The notes: generated from the sequence alone by a model not told the origin. DNA of 28,491 bases from Calditrichota bacterium (GCA_013152765.1 JAADFT010000534.1:1-28491); one strand, 5' to 3'. Counted from the first letter of the stretch, positions 1-9,901 are shown. Numbers and translations are program-made.

Positions 1-235
1 CCCCGGAATTCATTCCGGGGCGGAGCAGCAAGACCCTCTGTCCCCTTTCCGAGCTGAAGCCCGCTCTCCCTCGCTGTCCGCGAAGGCCCACAGGCAAACG
101 CAGCCGGGGAGATCACTCCCCGGTGATGCACGGCGAGCCTCGGACGCCCGGACGCGCAAAGCGCGTCCCTCCGAGTCCGGGCTCGCGGAAAATCGGGAAC
201 ACCTGCCCGATTGGTCCTTGAGATTCAGGCCAGGA

Positions 236-2086
236 ATGGCTACATTGCCGACCAGCTTGCGGGGCTGGGAAGCTTGCTGCGAGACGTGTGCACCCCGAAT
301 TTGCCGGATTTCCAGCGGACGGAGGAACAGGGCCATTCGCTTCAGCTCCGAACTGAAACCCATTGTTCCTTACATCAGGCGGCACTTGAGGCCGTACCTG
401 GTGGGTTTTGTGGCTACAATCTTCGCCACAGCAGCCCAGTTGGCAAGTCCGTGGATTTTGAAGTACGCTGTTGAGAGCTTCCGTTTTCCGGCGAAGCAGC
501 GCCACCTGCTCGTCTACGCCGGAAGCTTGGTCGCGCTCGCCGCGGTAGCCGGGGTCTTCCGCTACATCATGCGCCAGCAAATCGTTGGCGCCTCTCGTCG
601 AATCGAGTACGAACTGCGCAACGACTACTTCGCCCATCTTCAGCGCCTCAGTCCATCTTTCTACCGCCGTGTGAAGACCGGCGACCTCATGGCCCGAGCC
701 ACAAACGATCTGAACGCAGTCCGCATGATGCTCGGCCCCGGCATCCTTCACTCCAGCAGCACCGTGCTTGTTGCCACAGCCGCGATCGCGCAGATGGTAA
801 GCATCGACCCCGTACTCGCGGGTGTGTCGTTGCTTCCGTTGCCTCTGATGAGCGCCGTTGTGTTCGGCCTGATGAAGAAGATTCGCACCGTCTTCGAGGC
901 CGTGCAGGCTCAGTACTCGCGCATCAGTGAAAAGGTACAGGAAAACCTGGCCGGCATCCGGATTGTCAAAAGCTACGTCAGCGAACAGCGCGAAATCGAG
1001 CTGTTCGAGCAGCACAACAGGGCTTTCATCGCCGAGAACCTGAGGCTGGCCAAAATTCGCGGCTCCCTCGTAGGCACAATCGAAGGGCTGGCCGGCATCG
1101 GCATGTTGTTGATTCTCTGGCTCGGCGGCCGACGTGTGATCAGTGGCGCCATCACCCTCGGCGATTTGGTTGCCTTCATGTCATTCCTGACCATGCTCGC
1201 CTGGCCCATGATCGCCCTGGGCTGGACCATGAACCTGATCCAGCAGGGGCGGGCCAGCCTCACGCGCATCGACCGGATCATGCGCGAGAAACCGGAAATC
1301 GCCGACGGTCCCCAGACGGACCGAAGCATTCGGCATATCCGCGGATCGATTGCGTTTCGCGACGTGGACTTCGGCTACGAACCGGACCATCTCGTGCTGC
1401 GCGACATCCGTTTGGACATCCCGGCAGGCAGAACTGTCGCCATTGTCGGCAAGACGGGCTCAGGAAAAACCTCGCTGCTGAATCTGGTCCCACGGCTCTA
1501 CGACCCGACGTCAGGACAGGTACTGATTGACGGGCGCGACGCTCGGGAAATTCCCCTGCAGGTACTTCGCAGACACATTGGCATGGTCCCCCAGGACACC
1601 TTCCTGTTTTCCGACACGATCCGCGAAAACATTGCCTTTGGCGTGGAGAATCCGGACCCGGAGAAGATCGCCTGGGCGGTAAGAGTGGCGCACCTCGAAG
1701 AGGATCTGGCCAGCTTCCCTGACGGCCTCGACACGATGCTCGGCGAAAGGGGGATCAACCTTTCCGGTGGACAGAAGCAGAGGGTGGCGCTGGCCAGAGC
1801 GATTCTGCGAGAACCGAGCATTCTGCTACTCGACGACGCGCTTTCCGCTGTCGACACGCAGACCGAAGAGCGGATTCTCGCCAACCTGCGCGAGGTCATG
1901 CGCACGCGGACCACAATCATTGTGTCGCACAGGATCAGTGCGGTACGGGACGCCGACCTGATCGTCGTCTTGCGTGACGGCGAAATTGCGGAGCGGGGAA
2001 CCCATCAAGAGCTGCTGGCACTCGGCGGTCTGTACTGGGAACTGTACGAGATGCAAAAGCTGGAGGAGGCACTGGAGGCGATTTGA
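236..2086 (+). CDS. ABC exporter, fused permease/ATPase half-transporter, subunit 1 of a heterodimer (TmrAB/BmrCD/MdlAB-like)
   Basis: N-terminal hydrophobic TMD, Walker A GKTGSGKT, signature LSGGQKQR, degenerate Walker B ILLLDD (D replaces the catalytic E), H-loop VSHR. Start uncertain: TTG 218, ATG 236, or possibly ATT 335. Confidence 0.93.
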   Translation: MATLPTSLRGWEACCETCAPRICRISSGRRNRAIRFSSELKPIVPYIRRHLRPYLVGFVATIFATAAQLASPWILKYAVESFRFPAKQRHLLVYAGSLVALAAVAGVFRYIMRQQIVGASRRIEYELRNDYFAHLQRLSPSFYRRVKTGDLMARATNDLNAVRMMLGPGILHSSSTVLVATAAIAQMVSIDPVLAGVSLLPLPLMSAVVFGLMKKIRTVFEAVQAQYSRISEKVQENLAGIRIVKSYVSEQREIELFEQHNRAFIAENLRLAKIRGSLVGTIEGLAGIGMLLILWLGGRRVISGAITLGDLVAFMSFLTMLAWPMIALGWTMNLIQQGRASLTRIDRIMREKPEIADGPQTDRSIRHIRGSIAFRDVDFGYEPDHLVLRDIRLDIPAGRTVAIVGKTGSGKTSLLNLVPRLYDPTSGQVLIDGRDAREIPLQVLRRHIGMVPQDTFLFSDTIRENIAFGVENPDPEKIAWAVRVAHLEEDLASFPDGLDTMLGERGINLSGGQKQRVALARAILREPSILLLDDALSAVDTQTEERILANLREVMRTRTTIIVSHRISAVRDADLIVVLRDGEIAERGTHQELLALGGLYWELYEMQKLEEALEAI

Positions 2087-2255
2087 CGCACGCAACTGCA
2101 GCAGAGATCCAGCAACGCCCGGTTAGCGGCTGGAAAGCCTTCGGGAGTTTGGTGGCCAACGGCATGCACGCCAACGGACGTTTCTGGCCTGATGCCCCTC
2201 AGACGACCAATCTCTCGCGCACGTGTAGGCGGCAGCGTCGGAGATCCAGCGCATC

Positions 2256-4100
2256 ATGATGCTCGGCGGAGGACATGGGCACGGCCCCGGCGACTTCCGC
2301 GAGGAAGAAACGCTGGGCAAAGTCTACGACGCCCGGCTGATGCGTCGCCTGCTACGCTACCTGGCCCCCTACCGCTGGGTAGCTGTGATCGGTGTGCTCA
2401 TGCTGCTTTTGCTGTCCCTGTTGCAACTGGCAGGTCCTTACCTGGCTAAACTGGCCATCGACCGCTACATCGGACACAGCGATTTCGCAGGTCTCACCCG
2501 CATTAGCCTCGTGTTCGCGGGCATTCTGGCCGCCCAGTTCGTGCTTCGGGTCTCGCAAACCTACCTGGTGCAGTGGATGGGCCAGAATGTGATGCGTGAC
2601 CTCCGGCTCGAGATTTTCACCCACCTGCAGCGACTGCCGCTGTCGTTTTTCGACCGCAACCCCGTCGGCCGCCTCATGACGCGCATCACGACCGACGTCG
2701 AAAACCTGAATGAGTTGCTTTCGTCCGGCGTGGTAGCCATCTTCGGCGACGTCTTCACGCTGGTCGGCATTGTGGTGGTCATGCTGTGGCTCAACTGGCG
2801 CCTGGCCCTGATCACCTTCACCGTTCTGCCCTTTCTGACCGTTGCTACTTTCCTTTTCCGCCGGTTCGTGCGCCAGGCCTACCGGGAGATCCGTCTCCGG
2901 ATCGCCAGAATCAATGCCTACCTGCAGGAAAACATCACCGGGATGGTGATTGTGCAGCTCTTCAACCGGGAGAAGCGCAACTTCGAGCACTTCCGCCGCC
3001 TCAATTACGATTACCTCGAAGCCTACCTGCGTACGATTTTCTACCACGCCGTTTTCTTCCCCATCGTGGAACTGCTCAGCGCTGTGGCTCTCGGTCTGAT
3101 TCTCTGGTACGGCGGTCTCCGGGTCTTTTCGGGCACGCTGACGATCGGCGCTCTGGTGGCTTTTCTCCAGTACGCTCAACGCTTCTTCCGTCCCATCTCC
3201 GACCTGTCCGAAAAGTACAACATCATGCAGTCGGCCATGGCGGCATCGGAGCGCATTTTCAAGCTGCTCGAAGAACCGGAGCAGCCATCCTTCACGCCGC
3301 CAGTGAAGCATCTGGAACACTGCCGTGGCGAGATCGAGTTCCGCAACGTTTGGTTCGCGTACCACGACGAGGACTGGGTTCTCCGAGACATCTCGTTTCA
3401 CGTCAAGCCCGGTGAGCGGGTAGCGTTCGTGGGTGCCACAGGCTCCGGCAAAACCAGCATCATGAGCCTTCTGACACGCCTGTACGAGCCGCAAAAGGGG
3501 CAAATCCTGCTGGACGGCATTGACATCCGCCACATTCCGCTCGACGAGTTGCGCCGGGCTGTTGGCGTGGTGCCGCAGGACGTGTTCCTCTTTTCCGGGA
3601 GCGTGGCCGAAAACATTCGGCTTGGCAACCGCGACATCTCCGAAGACGTGGTTCGACAGGTAGCACAGGCCCTGAACGTCGACCGCTTCGTGGAGAGGCT
3701 CCCGCGAGGGTACGACGAGGAAGTGCGCGAGCGAGGCGGAATCCTGAGTACCGGTCAGCGCCAGCTCCTTGCTTTTGCCCGGGCTCTGGCGTACGATCCC
3801 AAAGTCATCATCCTGGACGAGGCTACTTCTTCGGTGGACACAGAAACCGAGCGCTTAGTGCAGGAAGCGCTCGAAAAGCTGATGGTCGGGCGAACCTGCC
3901 TGATCGTGGCTCACCGGCTTTCGACGGTGCAGACAGCGGACCGAATCATTGTGATCCACAAGGGGAAAATCCGCGAGCAAGGCACCCACCAGGAACTGCT
4001 GGCACTGCGAGGAATCTACTACCGGTTGTACCAGTTGCAGGTTGTCGGTCTGAGACCGAGTCGCGAGCGAGAAACTGCGCAAACAACAGGTGCCAAATGA
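2256..4100 (+). CDS. ABC exporter, fused permease/ATPase half-transporter, subunit 2 of a heterodimer
   Basis: TMD with RLMTRITTDVE, Walker A GATGSGKT, degenerate signature LSTGQRQL, canonical Walker B IILDE, H-loop AHR. Together with subunit 1 this gives one consensus and one degenerate ATP site, the usual arrangement in heterodimeric exporters. Confidence 0.94.
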   Translation: MMLGGGHGHGPGDFREEETLGKVYDARLMRRLLRYLAPYRWVAVIGVLMLLLLSLLQLAGPYLAKLAIDRYIGHSDFAGLTRISLVFAGILAAQFVLRVSQTYLVQWMGQNVMRDLRLEIFTHLQRLPLSFFDRNPVGRLMTRITTDVENLNELLSSGVVAIFGDVFTLVGIVVVMLWLNWRLALITFTVLPFLTVATFLFRRFVRQAYREIRLRIARINAYLQENITGMVIVQLFNREKRNFEHFRRLNYDYLEAYLRTIFYHAVFFPIVELLSAVALGLILWYGGLRVFSGTLTIGALVAFLQYAQRFFRPISDLSEKYNIMQSAMAASERIFKLLEEPEQPSFTPPVKHLEHCRGEIEFRNVWFAYHDEDWVLRDISFHVKPGERVAFVGATGSGKTSIMSLLTRLYEPQKGQILLDGIDIRHIPLDELRRAVGVVPQDVFLFSGSVAENIRLGNRDISEDVVRQVAQALNVDRFVERLPRGYDEEVRERGGILSTGQRQLLAFARALAYDPKVIILDEATSSVDTETERLVQEALEKLMVGRTCLIVAHRLSTVQTADRIIVIHKGKIREQGTHQELLALRGIYYRLYQLQVVGLRPSRERETAQTTGAK

Positions 4101-6418
4101 AGCTTCTCTGCAAGCAAGCGACCTTTGCAGCGCTGGCCGCTCTCACAACCGTTTGCACGGCAGCTGCCCAAACGGCTGGTCCCGCAGAGCCCGTCGAGTA
4201 CGTGAACCCGTTCATCGGTACACAGGGCGGTGGGAACGCCCTGCCTGGTCCGCAGTTGCCCCACGGGATGGTCAAACTTGGCCCCGACACGGTTCCACCC
4301 GCCGGTCGGGCCAACCCCGGTGGCTACGACTACAACGACTCGCTGATCGTGGGCTTCAGTCACCGGCACGTGGACGGTACCGGCGGAGGCGGCTACCAGA
4401 ACGTGCTCGTGATGCCGACCACCGGATCTTTGCAAGTTGCAGAGCTTGAGTACGCCTCGCCGTTTCGCCACACTTCAGAAGTGGCTCGCCCCGGTTACTA
4501 CGCCGTCACCCTGGACCGCTACGGTGTGCGCGTGGAGCTGACCGCCACGCAACACGCCGGACTGCACCGCTACACGTTTGCGCATGCCGACACCGCCCAT
4601 CTCCTGATCGACGCGAGTCACGGGATGTACTTTCGGCGACGCCCGGGTGGCTACCTCTACAAACCCGAGGTGGCGAGTCACTACCCAGCCTACATCCGGT
4701 TTCTGAACGACCACAGCCTGGAGGGCGCTGTCGTTCACCACGACAATTGCGGCAGAAACAAATACAACCCCACAGTTCTCTACTTTTACGTCGAAGTTAG
4801 TCAGCCATCCATTTCGCACGGAACGTGGTGCGGAACAGCGGTTTCGCCCGGCAGCGACCAGGTTTTCGACAAAGACGTGGGCGCTTATTTTGACGTACCC
4901 GTTAAACCTCGTTCCGTCGTTTTGCTCAAAGTCGGCCTCTCTTACATTAGTTCACAGCAGGCCAGAGAGAACGTACAGCGTGAGATTCCGCACTGGGATT
5001 TCGACCGCGCGGCCAATATCGCCAGCAGTCGCTGGAACGCTTTGCTCAGCGTCCGTGTCTCGGGCGGAACACGGGACGACCTGGTGACCTTTTACACCGC
5101 CCTCTACCGCGCGCTTGGCCAGCCTACCAATTTCACCGAAGGCGACCGCTACTACTCAGGATTCGACGGGCTCGTTCACCCGCGCGGTGGCCACGATTTC
5201 TACTCGGACGACTGGTGCATCTGGGACACGTTCCGAACCACACACCCGCTCCAAGCCCTTGTGGAGCCCGAAATCCAGAACGACATCTTGCAGTCTTACG
5301 TTCGCATCTACGAACAGGGCGGCTGGCTTCCCTCCTGTCCCAAGGTGTTTAACTACGCTCCCTGCATGCCCGGGAACCACGTCATCGCCGTGATCGCGGA
5401 CCTGTACGCAAAGGGATTTCGCGATTTTGACGTCCAAACCGCCTACGAGGCCGCCCGCAAGCTGGCAACGAGTCAGAAAGAACCCGCGTACGGCGAAGTA
5501 TACACGCGCTTGGGTACTCCACCCGAATACCGCGAACTCGGCTTTGCTCCCTTCGGTGCGTACTGGGCCAAGCACGAGCGCGATGCTTCGGTCAGTGTGA
5601 CGCTGGACTTTTCCTACAACGACTGGTGCCTGGCCCGCCTGGCGAAGGCGCTGGGCCACGAGAGCGACGCGCGCTTCTTCCGCGAGCAGGCTGGCAACTA
5701 CCGCCACCTGTTCGACTCTGCGACCGGTTTCTTCCGCCCTAAGCGGCGCGACGGCACCTGGGTTGAACCATTCGATCCCCTCTCCCGCACCGCTTTCACG
5801 GAGAGCAACGCCTGGCAGGGGCTGTGGTTTGTTCCTCACGATGTCGCCGGTCTCGTCGAGCTCCTCGGCGGAAGGAATGCTTTTGTCGCCAAACTGGACA
5901 CGTTTTTTGCACGCGGGTTGTACAATCCCGGCAACGAGCCGGACTTCCACGCACCGTTCCTGTACGATTTTGCCGGTGCGCCGTGGAAGACGCAGCAGGT
6001 CGTGAGTGAACTTCGGGAACGCTTTTTCGCCAACGCCCCAAACGGACTCCCCGGTAACGACGACGCCGGGGCCACCTCGGCCTGGTTTGTGTTCGCCGCG
6101 CTGGGGCTTTACCCTGTGTGCCCTGGCGAACCCGTCTACGAGCTCACCACTCCCCTTTTCCCGGAAATCGAACTCCATCTGCAAAACGGTCGCACATTCC
6201 GAATTGTCGCACGCAATCTCTCCACAACCAATCGGTTCATCCAGGGAGCACGGCTTAACGGCCGACCCTGGCCCAACCCATGGATTCGGCACTCGGACCT
6301 GGTTCAAGGCGGAGAGCTTCTTCTGGAAATGGGCGCACAACCCAGCGCGTCCTGGGGAGCATCCCCGCAAAATGCTCCTCCTTCGATGAGTTTCAGCACC
6401 GCCCCGACCCACCGTTGA
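4097..6418 (+). CDS. Secreted glycoside hydrolase family 92 (alpha-mannosidase)
   Basis: Signal peptide ending AAAQ. GH92-type motifs YVNPFIGT, PHGMVKLGPDT, GFSH, WDTFRT, FTESNAWQ, NEPDFH, GNDDAGATSAW. The start overlaps the ABC gene stop (ATGA). Confidence 0.92.
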   Translation: MKLLCKQATFAALAALTTVCTAAAQTAGPAEPVEYVNPFIGTQGGGNALPGPQLPHGMVKLGPDTVPPAGRANPGGYDYNDSLIVGFSHRHVDGTGGGGYQNVLVMPTTGSLQVAELEYASPFRHTSEVARPGYYAVTLDRYGVRVELTATQHAGLHRYTFAHADTAHLLIDASHGMYFRRRPGGYLYKPEVASHYPAYIRFLNDHSLEGAVVHHDNCGRNKYNPTVLYFYVEVSQPSISHGTWCGTAVSPGSDQVFDKDVGAYFDVPVKPRSVVLLKVGLSYISSQQARENVQREIPHWDFDRAANIASSRWNALLSVRVSGGTRDDLVTFYTALYRALGQPTNFTEGDRYYSGFDGLVHPRGGHDFYSDDWCIWDTFRTTHPLQALVEPEIQNDILQSYVRIYEQGGWLPSCPKVFNYAPCMPGNHVIAVIADLYAKGFRDFDVQTAYEAARKLATSQKEPAYGEVYTRLGTPPEYRELGFAPFGAYWAKHERDASVSVTLDFSYNDWCLARLAKALGHESDARFFREQAGNYRHLFDSATGFFRPKRRDGTWVEPFDPLSRTAFTESNAWQGLWFVPHDVAGLVELLGGRNAFVAKLDTFFARGLYNPGNEPDFHAPFLYDFAGAPWKTQQVVSELRERFFANAPNGLPGNDDAGATSAWFVFAALGLYPVCPGEPVYELTTPLFPEIELHLQNGRTFRIVARNLSTTNRFIQGARLNGRPWPNPWIRHSDLVQGGELLLEMGAQPSASWGASPQNAPPSMSFSTAPTHR

Positions 6419-6487
6419 CAGTTTGAGTTGTGAAGTCCCGTCAACTCCGGGAAGATCATTCCACGAAGCACGGGAAGGATTCCAAAA

Positions 6488-7390
6488 ATGAGCATCGAAA
6501 AGCGGACACTCGGAAGGACAGGTCTGGAGGTTACTTTCTTGGGCTTCGGCGCCCTCGAAATTGGCCGCGACTGGGGCATTGGCCCCGAAGGTCCCGAGAG
6601 CAAACCTGACGAGGAACACGCCATCCGAGTCCTGAACCGGGTTCTCGACCTGGGAATCAACCTGATCGACACTGCTCGCGCGTACCACCGTAGCGAAGAG
6701 CGCATCGGCAAAGGGATTGCACACCGACGCCAGGAATTTGTGCTGGCGACAAAGTGCGGGGAACACAGTGCGGAACCGGAAACGTACTACGACTTTTCGT
6801 ACGAGGCAGTCGCAGATTCAATCCGCACAAGCCTGCGTTTGCTGCGCACGGAACAGATCGACATTCTCCAGATCCACTTTGGCCCGAACCCTCGTCCGGT
6901 CCTGGACAAGGGAGAAACCCTGAAGGCCATGCGCGAGGCGCAGGAACAGGGCTGGGTTCGTTTCCTGGGCGCCTCGCCTCCGCATGAGGTTCTGGACGCC
7001 TGCATCGAGTCGGGAGCATTCGATGTCCTGCAGGTACACTACAACCTGCTGGACCGCGAGAGCGAAACGTTGATCCGGAAGGCTCACGACCACGGCATCG
7101 GCATCCTCGTGCGAAGCCCTTTCGCTGGCGGCTACCTCACGCCGAGGGTAAGCCGACTTGACCCAAGGCAGGACCCGCGCGCCCGGCAGGTTCTGCAGCT
7201 TTGTGACCGTCTCAACCTGAGCAAAGACGAGCTTCCGGTTCTGGCACTGGCGTTTCTGTGGCGCAATCCCGCCGTGCACTCGGTTCTTGTCGGCACAAAG
7301 TCGATCGAGCACCTGGAAGCAAATGTACGTGCCCTGGAAAGGTTACCGGAGATGGCGGAAAGGCTGGCCGAACTCGAACGGGAATCGTGA
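6488..7390 (+). CDS. Aldo/keto reductase family oxidoreductase
   Basis: LGRTGLEVTFLGFG N-terminus and IDTARAY, ATKCG, DILQIH motifs, which supply the D-Y-K-H catalytic tetrad. Confidence 0.92.
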   Translation: MSIEKRTLGRTGLEVTFLGFGALEIGRDWGIGPEGPESKPDEEHAIRVLNRVLDLGINLIDTARAYHRSEERIGKGIAHRRQEFVLATKCGEHSAEPETYYDFSYEAVADSIRTSLRLLRTEQIDILQIHFGPNPRPVLDKGETLKAMREAQEQGWVRFLGASPPHEVLDACIESGAFDVLQVHYNLLDRESETLIRKAHDHGIGILVRSPFAGGYLTPRVSRLDPRQDPRARQVLQLCDRLNLSKDELPVLALAFLWRNPAVHSVLVGTKSIEHLEANVRALERLPEMAERLAELERES

Positions 7391-7645
7391 GGGGGAGAAA
7401 GCGAAGAAAACCGCGGGGTCGGATCCTTGAAAGGGAACCTGCCTCGAGGGCAGATTCACTGAAATGCGGGGGACAATTCTTTGCCAGAACCAGTCGGTTT
7501 CCTCTGCACAAGCCCAGCAGGTTTGCCAAGAAAAGACGGGAAAAAACATGTTCGGGCTCAAGTGCGCCGGACACGCTAACGGTGCGCGTACCAGGGAGGC
7601 TTAATTAACCGACGGGAAAACTCTGGATGTCTTGGCGCAGCACGG

Positions 7646-8269
7646 TCACTTGAGGTGACAGGTCAGACACAGGGAGCTTTGGTTGTTTGGCTTCCGCAAC
7701 AGGGCCCCTGTGCCGAGATTGCTGTGTACGTCGTGGCAGGAGGTACACTCCACCTTTCCGTCTACAAGTAGATCGTGGTCAATCGTGCCCCCCAGCCCCG
7801 ACTCCGTTGTCGTCGGATCGGCCAATCCCCCGTCTTTCGCCGCCAGGTTAGCGTCGTACACGAAAGAAACCGGATGATCATCAGTCAGGTCACGCTTCAG
7901 AATTGCCTTGTCGGAAGAAAAAGAGACCGACAGAGCAATCCCACCAACGTTGTCAGTGGCCACGGTTCCGTCGTGACAACTAAGGCAGAGCTTGGAAGGG
8001 CCGTCTGGTTGGCCGACCTCGGCATCCAGAGTAGAACTGGCGTAAGGTGTGAAACCAGCTACGTCCTCGCTTGATCGCAGCGCCGGATTTCCTCGCTTCT
8101 TTCCGGCCATGCCGGCCGTGTGGCACACAGCACAGTTGTTGACGTTGAACCCCGAAGATGTACCAAGGAAATCGTGTGGGTTGTTCAGCCGCTGGGCCCA
8201 AGCTGTCCCCTCGTAACTTCCAAGACTCCAGGCCAAGAACACCACCGCGAGAGCACTCACTCGCCTCAT
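7646..8269 (-). CDS. OmcE-like tetraheme c-type cytochrome, paralog 2 (divergent heme-1 region)
   Basis: Signal peptide, RBS GGAGGAG, 4 CXXCH (CAVCH, CLSCH, CTSCH, CLTCH), motifs PHDF, SKLCLSCHDG, DDHPVSF. Close paralog of 13921-14538. Confidence 0.85.
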   Translation of the reverse strand: MRRVSALAVVFLAWSLGSYEGTAWAQRLNNPHDFLGTSSGFNVNNCAVCHTAGMAGKKRGNPALRSSEDVAGFTPYASSTLDAEVGQPDGPSKLCLSCHDGTVATDNVGGIALSVSFSSDKAILKRDLTDDHPVSFVYDANLAAKDGGLADPTTTESGLGGTIDHDLLVDGKVECTSCHDVHSNLGTGALLRKPNNQSSLCLTCHLK

Positions 8270-8845
8270 GCCGCTCCTCCGAGCGTGAACGCCGTTTGCG
8301 TCTCTCTCACCTCTTCTTCATTCGGCCAACGAAGGCCGAACTTTAGCCGAGACGAGTAAAATTGCCTTCTGAGAGGAACGTCACGAGAGCCTTAGTCCTT
8401 CTGTGCAGCAGGCATGTCGCCGTCGCCAGCCAGACTGCTGGGCCCCCTCGTTTTCAGGAGTCACCCGTTGGAAGGGTCGACCAGCCTTCTCACCTACAGG
8501 TAAAGCCAAAGTGCCACACTTTTCAGTCACGGGTCCCAGTTTCTGGCTACACCCGCAACACGCCCGCGGAGAGCGTCCAGACCTGCTACGCGAATTTCAC
8601 CTGAGTAAAGCCGAGTGCGGGGTAACTTTTTGTCCTGGCAGGATCGAATCCCCGGGACAGCCAGACAACGCGCCCGCCGAACCAAGCTTGATCGAGTGGG
8701 AATCTTCGATTACTTAACGTGGCAGGATTGACGAGTGAAGCGGCTACGCACCAGAATCAACCGAGCCCCTTGTGAACACGAGGCAGCGCTGGGAAAGCTA
8801 CCGACACGCCCCCAGAGCTGATTCAACGGGCTTCTTGCAGATGGG

Positions 8846-9901
8846 TCACCGCTTGTACTGAAGTTTCTGATGGCAACCTGGTGTGCAGGCACCGCCGACG
8901 TCCGTCTGAACAACTTTTAGCGGCATCCTCCAGCGGCCGAACCAAACGAACTGGCGGAGAAGGTGGGGAACATCGGAGGCATGCATGTCGTGGCAGGCCA
9001 CGCAACTTCGACTTTTGTCTGCCATCACGTGGACAAAGTGCAAGTTTCGGTTACTCGCCCGGAATTGAGTCGCGTCCGGGTCGTTCTTGGTCTCCAGCAG
9101 TGCGGAGTCATGGCACCCGAAACAAAGCTCGTAAGACTCTGGCTTCGGCTTCCCGTAAAACCCACCCGGGAAAGCACCCGTCAAAAGATAAGGATACTCC
9201 GAAACGTGAGGAACGTGACACGTCGAGCAGCCCGACATCTCCAGGGCGGGATGGACAAACTGGCTGGTTTTCAAAAGCTTCCCAACGGGCTCCAGCGTTC
9301 TTTCGCCATTCTTTACCGGATCGGTATGGCAACTCAGGCAAAGATCGGGTGGTTCTTTGATTAGCAACTTTTCCAGAGAGCTGTCGTGAGGCCGGTGGCA
9401 CGACGAGCAGGACTTTCCCGAGGTGATCACCCCGTGCACCGAGCCAGAATCCCCTTCTGGTTGCTGGTAGCCATCGTGACACATCGCGCAAAGGTCGGGC
9501 AAAGGCTGAGTCAGCAACCCTCGTACCTCCGAACTGTGTGGATCGTGGCACGTTAAGCATTCGCCATCCTGAGCAGGTGGGTGCACTGAGCCTTCTTCCG
9601 AAATCACCTCGTGACAGGTGAGGCACAGATCACCGCCTTCAGCCAGCAGGCTGAATTCTTTACCCTCCCCTCCAGGGTGCGGAGCGCCCGAACTTTCGTG
9701 GCAACTGCCGCAGTCGTCTCTCGCGACCGGATGCACAAAGCGTTTCGCCAACAAATCCGCGTGGCAGCCCTCCACAGTGCAGCCCACTTCCTGCGCCCGG
9801 GGCTGCGCAAAAAACCCGGTCACACCGTAAAACGCAACGGCAAACAGCGCCATCAGAAGGCGCATCCAGCGTTTTTGCAAATTAGGCATCTTGGTTCTCA
9901 C
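8846..9901 (-). CDS. Periplasmic multiheme c-type cytochrome, 9 CXXCH plus 2 variant motifs (ExtA/ExtG-like conduit component)
   Basis: Signal peptide, repeated doubled-CXXCH units (VHP..C..CH.PH), plus CTVEGCH and CTPGCH. The GTG start overlaps the stop of the upstream beta-barrel gene. The Ext-family label is an inference. Confidence 0.85.
   Translation of the reverse strand: MRTKMPNLQKRWMRLLMALFAVAFYGVTGFFAQPRAQEVGCTVEGCHADLLAKRFVHPVARDDCGSCHESSGAPHPGGEGKEFSLLAEGGDLCLTCHEVISEEGSVHPPAQDGECLTCHDPHSSEVRGLLTQPLPDLCAMCHDGYQQPEGDSGSVHGVITSGKSCSSCHRPHDSSLEKLLIKEPPDLCLSCHTDPVKNGERTLEPVGKLLKTSQFVHPALEMSGCSTCHVPHVSEYPYLLTGAFPGGFYGKPKPESYELCFGCHDSALLETKNDPDATQFRASNRNLHFVHVMADKSRSCVACHDMHASDVPHLLRQFVWFGRWRMPLKVVQTDVGGACTPGCHQKLQYKR

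Noticed and set aside
1-20. Perfect 8-bp hairpin CCCCGGAA/TTCCGGGG at the window edge
   Set aside because: No upstream context and no U-tract, so it cannot be assigned.
4097-6418. GH92 and the ABC pair as a nanowire glycosylation/export module
   Set aside because: They are on the opposite strand and convergent with the cluster, there are no glycosyltransferases, and the ABC pair is a generic exporter type. Only proximity links them.
113-6766. Long antisense ORFs (113-1015, 2352-3533, 5156-6766 and others)
   Set aside because: They lie opposite well-supported genes, have no recognisable motifs, and are expected shadows of GC-rich codon usage.
8295-8302. GACGCAAA (GEMM riboswitch core word) on the - strand upstream of omcE-like paralog 2
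   Set aside because: There is no upstream GGCAAA-P2-GNRA arm and no room for P3 before the RBS.
8502-8516. TGGCAC on the - strand as a third sigma-54 promoter
   Set aside because: The -12 position reads CTTT, with no TTGC or TTGT at the required spacing.
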